Below are positions 1 to 8,847 of a stretch of 17,843 bases of DNA, piece after piece. Source of the stretch: Candidatus Eiseniibacteriota bacterium (GTDB lineage Bacteria > Eisenbacteria > RBG-16-71-46 > CAZEPH01); assembly GCA_044229145.1 (NCBI GenBank), contig JBGATO010000074.1, positions 1-17,843 of the forward strand, read 5' to 3'. Position 1 is the stretch's first letter. Every line of letters begins with the position of its first letter. A model generated the notes under the pieces. It saw only the letters and a program-made list of their open reading frames with translations, did no database searches and was not told the DNA's origin. The position numbers and the translations under genes are program-made.

Positions 1-278
1 AGCAGTGCGTACACCGTGGAGTCGGCGCCTGGGCTGAGGAACCGGCGCGACCAACCGGTGGAGGCAGTGGCCCCAGTCACATCTCGAACGGTCGGTTGGT
101 CGGGCGAGCCCATGCGAACGCCGGATGAAGTTTCCGAGTGGTAGGGGCGGATACCGAGCGTGGGAAGTGTCGCAGAAGGTGTCGCGCTGGCCGCAGAAGC
201 GCAGACGAGCATCATCAAGCACGACATACCGACGATCAACTGTTCAAGGTCGAAACTGCGCCTGACCCACACACACAT
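1..278 (-). CDS. Secreted protein, N-terminal part only (runs off the left edge); probable repeat/beta-propeller surface protein
   Basis: Not in the ORF track. Manual translation from ATG 278 (GAGGTGG RBS just upstream) is open to base 1: MCVWVRRSFDLEQLIVGMSCLMMLVCASAASA-TPSATLPTLG...STGWSRRFLSPGADSTVYAL. Hydrophobic stretch ending in an AxA cleavage motif. Confidence 0.7.
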   Translation of the reverse strand, partial: MCVWVRRSFDLEQLIVGMSCLMMLVCASAASATPSATLPTLGIRPYHSETSSGVRMGSPDQPTVRDVTGATASTGWSRRFLSPGADSTVYAL

Positions 279-353
279 GTGCCACCTCGCTCGCGGCATT
301 TGTGATTTGCACGGCGACCAGCCCGCAGCCCACAGATCGGGCGGCACCTCGGG

Positions 354-375
354 TGTGAGTTCGCGCACACTCACA
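354..375. promoter_or_regulatory. Inverted repeat TGTGAGT-N8-ACTCACA, candidate transcription-factor operator
   Basis: Perfect 7-bp arms (354-360 / 369-375) in the intergenic region about 75 nt upstream of the ATG at 278. Confidence 0.35.
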
Positions 376-540
376 TGATGCGGCACAACCTGTGGATAGC
401 TCGCCTTCCTCCGGGTGCGAACGCACCTCCCAATCGGCGCCGGCAATAGGGCCGCGTCGAGAATCGCACATATCACCAACTTGCATCAATTGCGTAATGG
501 CTGGCGCACACCTCCTTAGGCACCAGCGCGGCCGACGACT

Positions 541-1581
541 TCACAGCGTCAGCACGACCTTGCCAAACTGCTCGCGTTCCTCCATGCGGCGGTGCGCTTC
601 CGCGACTTGCTCGAACGGCAGCACGCTGTCGATGACCGGACGCAAGAGTCCGCGCTCGACGAGTTGCAACACGGTGCCGAGTTCCGCCAGCCCGCCCATC
701 GTCGAGCCGAGCACGCTGAGCGACTTGAAGAACACGAAGCGCATGTCGATGCGTGCGTCGTAGCCGCTGGTGGCGCCGCAGGTGACCAGGCGCCCGCCCT
801 TCGCCATCGCGCGGATGCTGGTGGGCAGCGTCGCGCTGCCGACGTGATCGACGACGACGTCGACGCCGCGCTTGGCGGTGAGTTCGCGCACGGCTTTGCC
901 GATGTCGGTGGTGGCGTGGTTGATCGTCTCGTCGGCGCCGAGGTCGCGTGCCTTCGCGAGCTTACCGTCGCTCGACGCGGTGGCGATCACCCGCGCGCCG
1001 TACAACTTGGCGATTTGGATCGCTCCGCTGCTCACGCCGCTGCCGGCGGCGAGCACGAGCACGGTGTCGGTGGGCTTGACCTGCACGCGCGCCACCATCA
1101 TGTGCCAGGCGGTGAGGAACACCAGCGGCACCGCGGCGATGGTTTCGTACGGCATGTCGCGCGGAATCGGCAGCGCGTTGACCTCGGGCACGACGATGAA
1201 CTCGGCGCAGCCGCCGTGCTTCGACTCGCCGAAGATGCCGTAGTCCTTGCACAGGTTGTGATCGCCGGCGCGGCAGTGTTGGCAGACGCCGCACGAGTAG
1301 CCCGGCGCGATCACCACGCGGTCGCCCGGCTTCACGCGTGTCACCGCAGCGCCGACGCTCTCGACATCGCCGGCGACATCGCAGCCGGGAATCAGCGGCA
1401 GGGGGAAGCCACCACCGTCGATGCCCTTGCGCACCCAGAGATCCATGTGATTGAGCGCGACGGCGCGCACCCGCACCCGCACCTCGGTGGGCCCGGGTTG
1501 CGGTTTCGGCAGGTCTTCGAACCGCAACTTGTCGTAGCCGCCGTGCTCGCGCACGATGACGGCGCGCATCGTCTCGGACAT
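541..1581 (-). CDS. Zinc-binding MDR-family oxidoreductase (quinone/enoyl reductase-like), 346 aa
   Basis: MRAVIVREHGG start, PGPTEVRVRVRAVALNHMD, structural-Zn CGVCQHCRAGDHNLC, AAGSGVS nucleotide loop, QFGKVVL end. ATG 1581 preceded by GAGGAG. Confidence 0.9.
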   Translation of the reverse strand: MSETMRAVIVREHGGYDKLRFEDLPKPQPGPTEVRVRVRAVALNHMDLWVRKGIDGGGFPLPLIPGCDVAGDVESVGAAVTRVKPGDRVVIAPGYSCGVCQHCRAGDHNLCKDYGIFGESKHGGCAEFIVVPEVNALPIPRDMPYETIAAVPLVFLTAWHMMVARVQVKPTDTVLVLAAGSGVSSGAIQIAKLYGARVIATASSDGKLAKARDLGADETINHATTDIGKAVRELTAKRGVDVVVDHVGSATLPTSIRAMAKGGRLVTCGATSGYDARIDMRFVFFKSLSVLGSTMGGLAELGTVLQLVERGLLRPVIDSVLPFEQVAEAHRRMEEREQFGKVVLTL

Positions 1582-1594
1582 CGGATCTCCTCGC

Positions 1595-2464
1595 TCAGGG
1601 GAACGCGTGACGTCGGCGCGGAAAGCGCGCGGCGAGCGCCACGGCGAGCAGCGCGAACAGCGGCGGCACCAGCACGCTCGCCTCGGGCCCGCAGACACCG
1701 CCGGTCCACCACCCAGGACCCGAGTATGCACTCCGGAGCAGCGCGTCGGCGAGACCCATGCCGCCGTTTCCAGTGTTCGGCGCGCCGAGCATGTACAACA
1801 CCACGTAGTCGAACGCCGCGTGGAACCCCATCGCGAACCACAGGCTGCCGGTCGCGCGCACCGCGAAGCAGAACCACAGGCCGATCAGCGTGACGTTGAT
1901 GCCATCGAGCACGCTCTCGTGCGGCTTGCCGAAGAAGTGCGCCGCGCCGAAGAACAGCGACAGCACGATCGCGCCCGGCCAGAAGCCGAGACCTTGGGTC
2001 GCGGCGCCGAGGACGTAGCCGCGAAACAGGAACTCCTCGACGACGCCGACGAGCAGGAACGCGGCGAGCCAGCCGAGGCCGGTTGGCGAGATCGCGCGCG
2101 CCCAGCCGCCGTTCGGCGCGAAATGGGCAGCGCCGGTGGCGGCGAGGATGCCGACGAGCACGATGATCGCGCCGGCGCCCCACAGCGCACCTTCCGCGAA
2201 ATGCGGGAGCGCGCGACGCGCCTCGCCGACGCCGAACCGCGCCGGCCGCTGCCGCAACGCGACGCCGAGCACCACCGCGCTGACCACGAGTCCAGCGAGC
2301 GAGACGAGTTCCTCGGTGAGGAACGGGCGAAGTTGCCAGGTGGGCGCCGAGCGGAAATGCAGCACGGCGAACAGCGATTGCACGACGAGTTGCGCGACCA
2401 CGACGAACAGCACAATGCGCCACCCCGCGCGCAGGCCGCGGGGTCCGAGGAAGAGCGATTTCAC
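1595..2464 (-). CDS. CPBP (CAAX/Abi) family intramembrane glutamic protease, 289 aa
   Basis: EELxFRG-type motif VEEFLFRGY, FGAAH, GFHAAFD; multiple hydrophobic helices; GGxxGPEAS tail. GTG start with GGAGG upstream. Confidence 0.88.
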   Translation of the reverse strand: MKSLFLGPRGLRAGWRIVLFVVVAQLVVQSLFAVLHFRSAPTWQLRPFLTEELVSLAGLVVSAVVLGVALRQRPARFGVGEARRALPHFAEGALWGAGAIIVLVGILAATGAAHFAPNGGWARAISPTGLGWLAAFLLVGVVEEFLFRGYVLGAATQGLGFWPGAIVLSLFFGAAHFFGKPHESVLDGINVTLIGLWFCFAVRATGSLWFAMGFHAAFDYVVLYMLGAPNTGNGGMGLADALLRSAYSGPGWWTGGVCGPEASVLVPPLFALLAVALAARFPRRRHAFP

Positions 2465-2527
2465 GGGGACGTCCTCCGGAGGGTGCTCCGAGAACGACGG
2501 GTGCAGGACGAGGGTTGCAGTGTCCCG

Positions 2528-3490
2528 CTAGAACCCGTAATCGATCTCCGGCGCGTATGCATGTTCGCGCACCCGCAACTTGCGCAACCGTTCCTCGCCC
2601 AACTTCGCGCAATACGCGGCGCGGTCCGGCACGCCGTAGACCCACTCGTCGAGCCAGGCCAGCAAGCCTTCGCGCGAACGCGTCGAGGTGTGGTAGTCGG
2701 CGTGCGCGTCGTGGTCGCGAGCGTAGAACCCCTGCACCGGCGACGGATGCGCGCCGAACGGCTCCTCGACTACGGCACCAACGAAATCGCCGGGGAACAA
2801 CGTGCGGTTGGGATCGCGGCGGATCTCGCGTTCGCTCACGACTTCCTCCGCGACCACCAGGATCTTCTTGGCGCCGAGCGCCATGTCGATGGTGAGGCCG
2901 AGTGTCCCCCACGCATGGCAGGCGCCGCCCGGTTCGGCGCGCTGCACGTGCACGATGGCGACGTCGGGCTGAATCGCCTCCACCGCGTGCAAGCGCTCGT
3001 GCGTGAACGGGCAGCGCACTTCCTTGAGGTGCGCCTGTCGCGCGAGATCGGAGCCGAGCACGGTGCGCGTCGGCAGGAACGGCAGGCCGAGCCTGGCCGC
3101 GTGCAACGCCGACGCCAGCGTCAGATTCGAGTGGTCGATGACCTCGATCGGATGCGGCACGCCGTCCTCCACCGCGCGGCGGAAGTTGTGCGCCGATCCC
3201 ATCATCATGTTGCCGACCCACGCCGCAATCACGCGCTCCGCGCACCCGGCGCCGATCAACTGGTCGAACACGATGTCGCTCACCGGACCGATGAGCGTGA
3301 GGTTCTTCTTTCCCTGCCGAATGATTTCGTGACCGACGGCCACCGGGATCATCTGCTCGAGCGCCGCGCACAACGCGATTTGCGCGCCGTCGAAGATCAG
3401 CGTGTCGACGGCCTCGCGCAGCGTCATGCGCTTGTCGAGGTGGCCGGGCACGATCTCGACCGGCGGACGCGGCGATGCGACGTCGCTCAT
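2528..3490 (-). CDS. Family I CoA-transferase alpha subunit (GctA/CatI-like), 320 aa
   Basis: KRMTLREAV, HEIIRQGKKNLTL, DQLIGAG, GLPFLPTRTVLGSD, PDVAIVHVQRA, PFGAHPS. ATG 3490 overlaps the upstream stop (ATGA). Confidence 0.88.
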   Translation of the reverse strand: MSDVASPRPPVEIVPGHLDKRMTLREAVDTLIFDGAQIALCAALEQMIPVAVGHEIIRQGKKNLTLIGPVSDIVFDQLIGAGCAERVIAAWVGNMMMGSAHNFRRAVEDGVPHPIEVIDHSNLTLASALHAARLGLPFLPTRTVLGSDLARQAHLKEVRCPFTHERLHAVEAIQPDVAIVHVQRAEPGGACHAWGTLGLTIDMALGAKKILVVAEEVVSEREIRRDPNRTLFPGDFVGAVVEEPFGAHPSPVQGFYARDHDAHADYHTSTRSREGLLAWLDEWVYGVPDRAAYCAKLGEERLRKLRVREHAYAPEIDYGF

Positions 3491-4260
3491 CGCCCGCTCC
3501 ACTGCGGTGTGCGCTTTTCCATGAACGCCGCGACGCCTTCGTTCATGTCGGCGGTGGGCACGAGTTCGCGGAAGTAGAGATCCTCGACGCTGCGCAACTG
3601 CGCGCGGAAGCGGTCGGCGCCGCCTTGCGCGACGAGCAACGCGCGGCGCGTCAGACGCAGCACGACGGGCGACATCGAGCGGAGCGTGGCGATCAACGCG
3701 TCGGCTTCGGCGTCGAACGAAGTCGCGGGCACGCAACGCGAGGCAAGCCCGCACGCCACCGCTTCCGCGGCGCTGAGCGCGCGGCCGGTCAGCGTCATCT
3801 CGGCGGCGCGCTTCGGTCCGACGATCGACGGCAAGAGCAGCGCGGCGACCGGCGGGAAGCACCCGACCGCGATCTCCGGCTGCGCGAATCGCGCGGTGTC
3901 GGCCGCGAGCACGATGTCGCACGCCATCGCGAGTTCGCAGCCGCCGCCGAGCGCGGCGCCGCGCACCAACGCAACGCTGATCCAATCGCGTTCGGCGAGA
4001 TCCTCGAACAGGCCGTGGAACGTCGTCAGCATCTCGCGGACGTTATCGGCGGTGTGCTCGCGGATGTCGGCGCCGGCGGAGAATGCCTTCTCGCCTTGCG
4101 CGGCGAACACGACGCACCACGTGTCGGCGGGCGCGGTGGCGATGGCGTCGCGCAATTCGCGCATCATCGCGATGTCGAGGATGTGCAGCGGCGGTGCCGC
4201 GAGTGTGAGGCGGAGGACGCCGGCGTCGTGCACGGCGGTAATGCGCGTGTAGGAGGTCAT
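3487..4260 (-). CDS. Enoyl-CoA hydratase/isomerase (crotonase), resembling the Dch dienoyl-CoA hydratase subgroup, 257 aa
   Basis: PPLHILD, AFSAGADIREH, ALGGGCELAMACD, FAQPEIAVGCFPP, EGVAAFMEKRTPQW. Start ATG 4260 (alternative TTG 4296). Confidence 0.88.
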   Translation of the reverse strand: MTSYTRITAVHDAGVLRLTLAAPPLHILDIAMMRELRDAIATAPADTWCVVFAAQGEKAFSAGADIREHTADNVREMLTTFHGLFEDLAERDWISVALVRGAALGGGCELAMACDIVLAADTARFAQPEIAVGCFPPVAALLLPSIVGPKRAAEMTLTGRALSAAEAVACGLASRCVPATSFDAEADALIATLRSMSPVVLRLTRRALLVAQGGADRFRAQLRSVEDLYFRELVPTADMNEGVAAFMEKRTPQWSGR

Positions 4261-4292
4261 GTGGCGAAGCGTCCCATGGGCAGCGTGGAGCG

Positions 4293-5138
4293 TCAAGCGC
4301 GCGGCGTCCGCGCGGCGAAGATGGCCTGCAGGTCGGCGAACGGCGCGGCCTCGGCGAACGCGGGCACGGCGCCGGTCTCCCGCAGGTCACGCGCGGCGCG
4401 GCGCAGTGCGCCGTAGGCGACGCGCGCCAAGGCAGAGCCGGTACTCACCCGGCGTACGCCGAGATCCGCGAGGCGCGGCACCGCAAGCGCCGGATCGGCG
4501 GAGGTCACCAGAACATTCACCGGCACCGGCGCCACCGCGCGGACGAGGTCGGCGATGGCACGCGGGTCGTCGATGTTGGGCACGAAGATGCAGTCGGCGC
4601 CGGCGGTCGCGAACGCCACGGCGCGGTCGAGCGCGACACGCGCGGCGTCCGGCACGCCGCACAGCCACGCCTCACAACGCGCGGTGAGCAGGACGCCGGA
4701 GGCGCCTGCGTCGAGCGCGGCGCGCGCGGCCCGCACGCGTTCCACCGCGAGCGGCGCGTCGTACAGTGGTGCCGTGGTATCGCCCGTTGCGTCCTCGATC
4801 GACAGGCCGGCGATGCCGGTGGCCACGCACCGCTCGACATGGGAAGCGACATCGGCCGGCGCGTCGGCGAAGCCGTTTTGGAAATCCGCGTTGACCGGAA
4901 CGTCGACGGCGGCCACCAATTCGCGGAGGTGCGACAGCGTCGCCTCCAATCCGATCGCCGTGCCGTCCGTCATCGCCCGCGAGAATGCATACCCGGCGGA
5001 CGTCGACGCGATTGCCGCGAACCCTGCCTCGGCGAGCAGGGCCGCCGACCCCGCATCCCACGCATTCGGCAGGACGAAGCAACCGGACGCATGCAGCGCG
5101 CGGAAGCGGCGAGTGACATCGAGTGGACGCGCGTCCAT
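4293..5138 (-). CDS. Isocitrate lyase/PEP mutase family protein, 281 aa
   Basis: FRALH..G.FVLPNAWDAGSA, ASTSAGYA, PVNADFQNGF, GLSIED, ARCE, AGADCIFVP, LGVRRVSTG. Starts in a TGATG overlap with the rtcB stop. Confidence 0.9.
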   Translation of the reverse strand: MDARPLDVTRRFRALHASGCFVLPNAWDAGSAALLAEAGFAAIASTSAGYAFSRAMTDGTAIGLEATLSHLRELVAAVDVPVNADFQNGFADAPADVASHVERCVATGIAGLSIEDATGDTTAPLYDAPLAVERVRAARAALDAGASGVLLTARCEAWLCGVPDAARVALDRAVAFATAGADCIFVPNIDDPRAIADLVRAVAPVPVNVLVTSADPALAVPRLADLGVRRVSTGSALARVAYGALRRAARDLRETGAVPAFAEAAPFADLQAIFAARTPRA

Positions 5139-6304
5139 CAGTCTCCCTTCACGTTGAGGACTTGTCGCAGCGTGTGTTCGACGGTCACGAGATCGCCGCT
5201 CTGCGCGATGACGTCGTCGATGTCCTTGTAGGCGCCCGGCAATTCGTCGAGCAGCGCGCTGCTGCGGCGACACGCGATGCCACGCATCGCCGCATCGAAA
5301 TCGTCGAGCGTGAACCGGCGGCGCGCTTCGGTGCGCGAGAAGCGGCGGCCGGCGCCGTGCGGCGCGGAGTGGAACGCGGCGTCGTTCTGCAAGCCGCTGA
5401 CGACATAGCTCCGCGAGCCCATCGAGCCCGGAATCACCCCGCGCTGTTCGCGTCGCATCTGAATCGCACCCTTGCGCGTCACCCACACCTCGCGCCCGTG
5501 ATGCCGCTCACGTTGGGTGAAGTTGTGGTGACAATTGATGCGCTCGCGTTCGATACGCGGATCGCCCCCGAGCGCGCCGGCCACGGCGGCCAGCACGCGG
5601 TCCATCATCTCTTCGCGATTGAGTCGCGCGTACTCCTGCAACCAGTGGAGATCGCGCATGTAGTCGTCGAACTCACGCGTATGCTCCGTGAGGTACGCGA
5701 GATCGCGGTCGCGCAGGACGACGCCCGCCTCGCGCATGAGACGCTGCGCGGTCTTGATGTGCGCGTCGGCGACACGATTGCCGATGCCGCGCGACCCACT
5801 GTGCAGCACCGCCCACACGCGATCGGCCTCGTCGAGGCAGATTTCGATGAAGTGGTTGCCGGACCCCAGGGTGCCGAGTTGCTTCGGCCACGCGGCGACG
5901 ACTTTCGAGTAATCGCGTGGCGCGTGGGCATCCAGCTCGCGCAGCCGCGCGCGGGCGCTCGCCGTGTGCTGGACGTTCGCGCCGCCGGCTCCCAGCGGAA
6001 TGCGCCGCTCGATATCGCGACGCAAGGCGTCGAGCGAATCTGGGAGGTCGTCCGACGCGAATCGCGTGCGCACCGCGATCATCCCGCACCCGATGTCGAC
6101 GCCGACCGCCGCCGGCACGATCGCGCCGTCGGTTGCGATGACGGTGCCGATCGTCGCCCCTTTCCCGACGTGGCAGTCGGGCATCACCGCGACGTGATCG
6201 ACGATGAACGGCAGCTCCGCGATGTTGCGCAACTGTTGATGCGCCTGCGGCTCGATCGTCGCGGGGTCGAGCCAGGCGTAGATCTTGGGCGTCAGCCGGA
6301 ACAT
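5138..6304 (-). CDS. rtcB: RtcB family 3'-phosphate/5'-OH RNA ligase, 388 aa
   Basis: MPDCHVGKG, VGVDIGCGM, LGTLGSGNHFIE, LHSGSRG, CHHN, RKGA, IPGSMG, SAPHGAGR (guanylylated His), DELPGAYKDID, LNVKG. ATG 6304 with GGAG upstream. Confidence 0.96.
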   Translation of the reverse strand: MFRLTPKIYAWLDPATIEPQAHQQLRNIAELPFIVDHVAVMPDCHVGKGATIGTVIATDGAIVPAAVGVDIGCGMIAVRTRFASDDLPDSLDALRRDIERRIPLGAGGANVQHTASARARLRELDAHAPRDYSKVVAAWPKQLGTLGSGNHFIEICLDEADRVWAVLHSGSRGIGNRVADAHIKTAQRLMREAGVVLRDRDLAYLTEHTREFDDYMRDLHWLQEYARLNREEMMDRVLAAVAGALGGDPRIERERINCHHNFTQRERHHGREVWVTRKGAIQMRREQRGVIPGSMGSRSYVVSGLQNDAAFHSAPHGAGRRFSRTEARRRFTLDDFDAAMRGIACRRSSALLDELPGAYKDIDDVIAQSGDLVTVEHTLRQVLNVKGD

Positions 6305-6918
6305 CGCAGCTCCGCGGCGATGCGGGTGATCTCCGCGCGCAGCGTGTCGAGATCGTGGTAGAGCACGCCGTGCATTCCGGCGCGTTGGGCGCCCTCGACG
6401 TTGGCCGCGGAATCGTCGATGAAGACGCTGTGCGCCGGCCGCGCGCCGTACCGCGCGAGGAGCCGCTCGTACACCACCGGCTCCGGCTTGCGCGCACCGA
6501 ATTCGCAGGTGGCATGGAAGCGCTCGCCGAAGCACGCTGCCACGCCGGGCGCCAGCTCGGGGAGCGTCTCACGCAGTAGGGCGCCGTTGTTGGTGAGCGC
6601 CGCCACCGGCACGTAGCGCGCCAGGCCGGCGACGTACGCCAAGACGGCCGGCCGCTCGATCATCGCCGCCCGCCGCGCCTCCACCCACTGCTCCCGCGTC
6701 ACCGGCACACCGGTCGCCTGGTTGAAGGCGGCGAGGTATTCGTCGCCGGTGGCGTACGCGCCGGCTTCCGCGGCCGGCTCGAACGGCGCGCCCCAGGTCG
6801 CGGCCTGGATGCGTTCGGCCGATAACCCGGTGAAGGCGGCCATCAGGCGCATGCGGGCTGCCGGCACGAAGTCGACCAGCACGCCGTCGAGGTCGAAGGC
6901 GACGAGATCGAGGGTCAT
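6292..6918 (-). CDS. HAD-superfamily hydrolase/phosphatase (YihX-like), 208 aa
   Basis: Motif I FDLDGVLVD, motif II LTNN, motif III ARKPEP, motif IV FIDDSAANVEGAQRAGM. Start ATG 6918. Confidence 0.9.
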   Translation of the reverse strand: MTLDLVAFDLDGVLVDFVPAARMRLMAAFTGLSAERIQAATWGAPFEPAAEAGAYATGDEYLAAFNQATGVPVTREQWVEARRAAMIERPAVLAYVAGLARYVPVAALTNNGALLRETLPELAPGVAACFGERFHATCEFGARKPEPVVYERLLARYGARPAHSVFIDDSAANVEGAQRAGMHGVLYHDLDTLRAEITRIAAELRCSG

Positions 6919-7087
6919 CGGCCGGCTCGCGGCGGCGCGGGAGGCGGGAATCGCATGCCCCGACGGTACGGGCCCGGCGCGCCGGACGTCCAGGGCCGCC
7001 CCGAACGTCCCGCCGACACGCCGCGCCCGACGCGCTACACTGCCCGGGTTCCGCCCCGGCGGCCCATCCCCGAACGGAGGACGCATC

Positions 7088-8827
7088 GTGACCGAGCGAC
7101 CGAGCGTGCTGGGCACCGCGCAGCCCGCGGTGCACAAAGAAATCCTCGCCCAGATCAAGGCGAAGCTGTCGCAGCGCATCGCGGCGCGGGACCCGCGCGT
7201 GTGGACCGAGGACGAGGCGGCGCGCAACGTCATCGCCGCGCATCTCGGCTGGCTCGACCTCGCCGTGCCGATGCGCGAAGCCGTGAGCGACATCGGCGCG
7301 GTGGTGCGCGAGGTGTTCGCGGACGGCTACACCGACGCGATCCTGATCGGGATGGGCGGGTCGGTGCTCGCCGCCGACGTGTTTGCCGGCTGCTTCCCGC
7401 GCCGGGAGCCCGCGCTGACCTTGCACGTGCTCGACAACCCGGCGCCGGAGGCCATGCGCGCGACCTTCGACGCCTGCGATCCGCGCCGCACGCTGCTGCT
7501 CGTCGCGACCAAGTCGGGGACGACGCTGGAGACGCTGGCGATGTACCGCTACGCGTCGCAGTGGCTGCACGAGGCAGGCATCGACGATCCCGGCGCGCAC
7601 TGCATCGCCCTCACCGATACGGGCTCGGCGCTCGACGCGCTGGCCGATCGCGATGGATTCCGCCACGTGTTCGAGTATCCGCCGGACATGAGCGGACGCT
7701 ACGCGGCACTCTCCTACGTCGGCTTGGTGTCGGCGGCGTTCGCCGGCGTCGATCTGGCGCGTTTCCTCACCAACGCGATCGCGCAGTCGCAGCCGGATCG
7801 TGAAGGCCTGCCGGGATGGCAGATGGGCGTCACGCTCGCCGTTCTGGCACGCGACGGCCACGACAAGCTCACATTGGTGTTGCCGCGTCCGCTGGCGGCG
7901 TTCGGCGGCTGGATCGAGCAGTTGGTGGCCGAGAGCACGGGCAAGGAACACCACGGCCTCATCCCGATTTGCGACGAACCACTGGCCTCGCCGGACGCCT
8001 ACCATGACGATCGCGTGTTCGTGCAGCTGCGGATCGCCGACGAGCCGGACGCCGCGCAGGACCTCGCGTGCGACGCGCTCGCCGAGGCTGGGCATCCCGT
8101 ACTGCGGCGCACCATCGACGGTCCGTACGATCTCGGCGGCGAGTTCCACCGCTGGGAGGTCGCGGTGGCTGCGGCGTGCGCGGTGCTGCGCGTGAATCCG
8201 TTCGATGCGCCGCTCGTGCAGGACACCAAGGAGCTGACGACGCTGCTCCTGCGCGACTTCGCACTCGAGGGCAAACTGCCGTCACTCGCGGAAGTCTGCG
8301 AGCGCGACGGATTGGAGTTGCACGAAGACCGCGAAACCGCTGCGCACCACGCGGCGGCGATCGCCGAGCGCGGCCTCGACCGCGAGGATCCGGCGTCGTG
8401 GGTGTGGGCACTGCTCGAGACCGGCGCGGCGGGTGACTACGCCGCACTGTTCGCGTACATGGCGAAGACGCCGGCACGGACCGCGCAACTCCAGCGTGCC
8501 CGGCTCGCACTGCGCGCGCGGTGGCACCGCGCGACCACCGCGGCCTACGGTCCGGGCTACCAACACTCTGCCGGGCAACTGCACAAGGGCGGACCGAACA
8601 GCGGCGTCTTCCTGTTCCTCACCTGTCACGACACCGCCATGCGGGGCGATATCGACATTCCGGGCGAACACCATTCGTTCGGAACGCTGCGTGACGCGCA
8701 GGCTCTCGCCGACCTCATCACGCTTCGCCGACATGGCCGCCGGGCGATTCACCTGCACTACGCCCACGATGCCGACGGCGCCGCCGCCGTCTTCGCCGAC
8801 GCGATCGTGCGCGCGGCGTCGTTCTGA
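7088..8827 (+). CDS. pgi: Glucose-6-phosphate isomerase-like protein (type found in Tal-Pgi fusions, here stand-alone), 579 aa
   Basis: LGWLD, IGMGGS, KSGTTLET, ALTDTGS, GRY, WIEQLVAESTGK, NPFD, HSAGQLHKGGP. GTG 7088 with GGAGG RBS. Confidence 0.8.
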   Translation: MTERPSVLGTAQPAVHKEILAQIKAKLSQRIAARDPRVWTEDEAARNVIAAHLGWLDLAVPMREAVSDIGAVVREVFADGYTDAILIGMGGSVLAADVFAGCFPRREPALTLHVLDNPAPEAMRATFDACDPRRTLLLVATKSGTTLETLAMYRYASQWLHEAGIDDPGAHCIALTDTGSALDALADRDGFRHVFEYPPDMSGRYAALSYVGLVSAAFAGVDLARFLTNAIAQSQPDREGLPGWQMGVTLAVLARDGHDKLTLVLPRPLAAFGGWIEQLVAESTGKEHHGLIPICDEPLASPDAYHDDRVFVQLRIADEPDAAQDLACDALAEAGHPVLRRTIDGPYDLGGEFHRWEVAVAAACAVLRVNPFDAPLVQDTKELTTLLLRDFALEGKLPSLAEVCERDGLELHEDRETAAHHAAAIAERGLDREDPASWVWALLETGAAGDYAALFAYMAKTPARTAQLQRARLALRARWHRATTAAYGPGYQHSAGQLHKGGPNSGVFLFLTCHDTAMRGDIDIPGEHHSFGTLRDAQALADLITLRRHGRRAIHLHYAHDADGAAAVFADAIVRAASF

Positions 8828-8847
8828 GACGACGCCGCGCCGCGCGC

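Noticed and set aside
391..399. DnaA-box-like TGTGGATAG
   Set aside because: Single imperfect copy with no box cluster or AT-rich unwinding element.
541..4260. Anaerobic benzoyl-CoA pathway dch/had pair
   Set aside because: The crotonase is only Dch-like by eye, the MDR lacks the catalytic-Zn ligands expected of Had, and no benzoyl-CoA reductase or oah gene is present.
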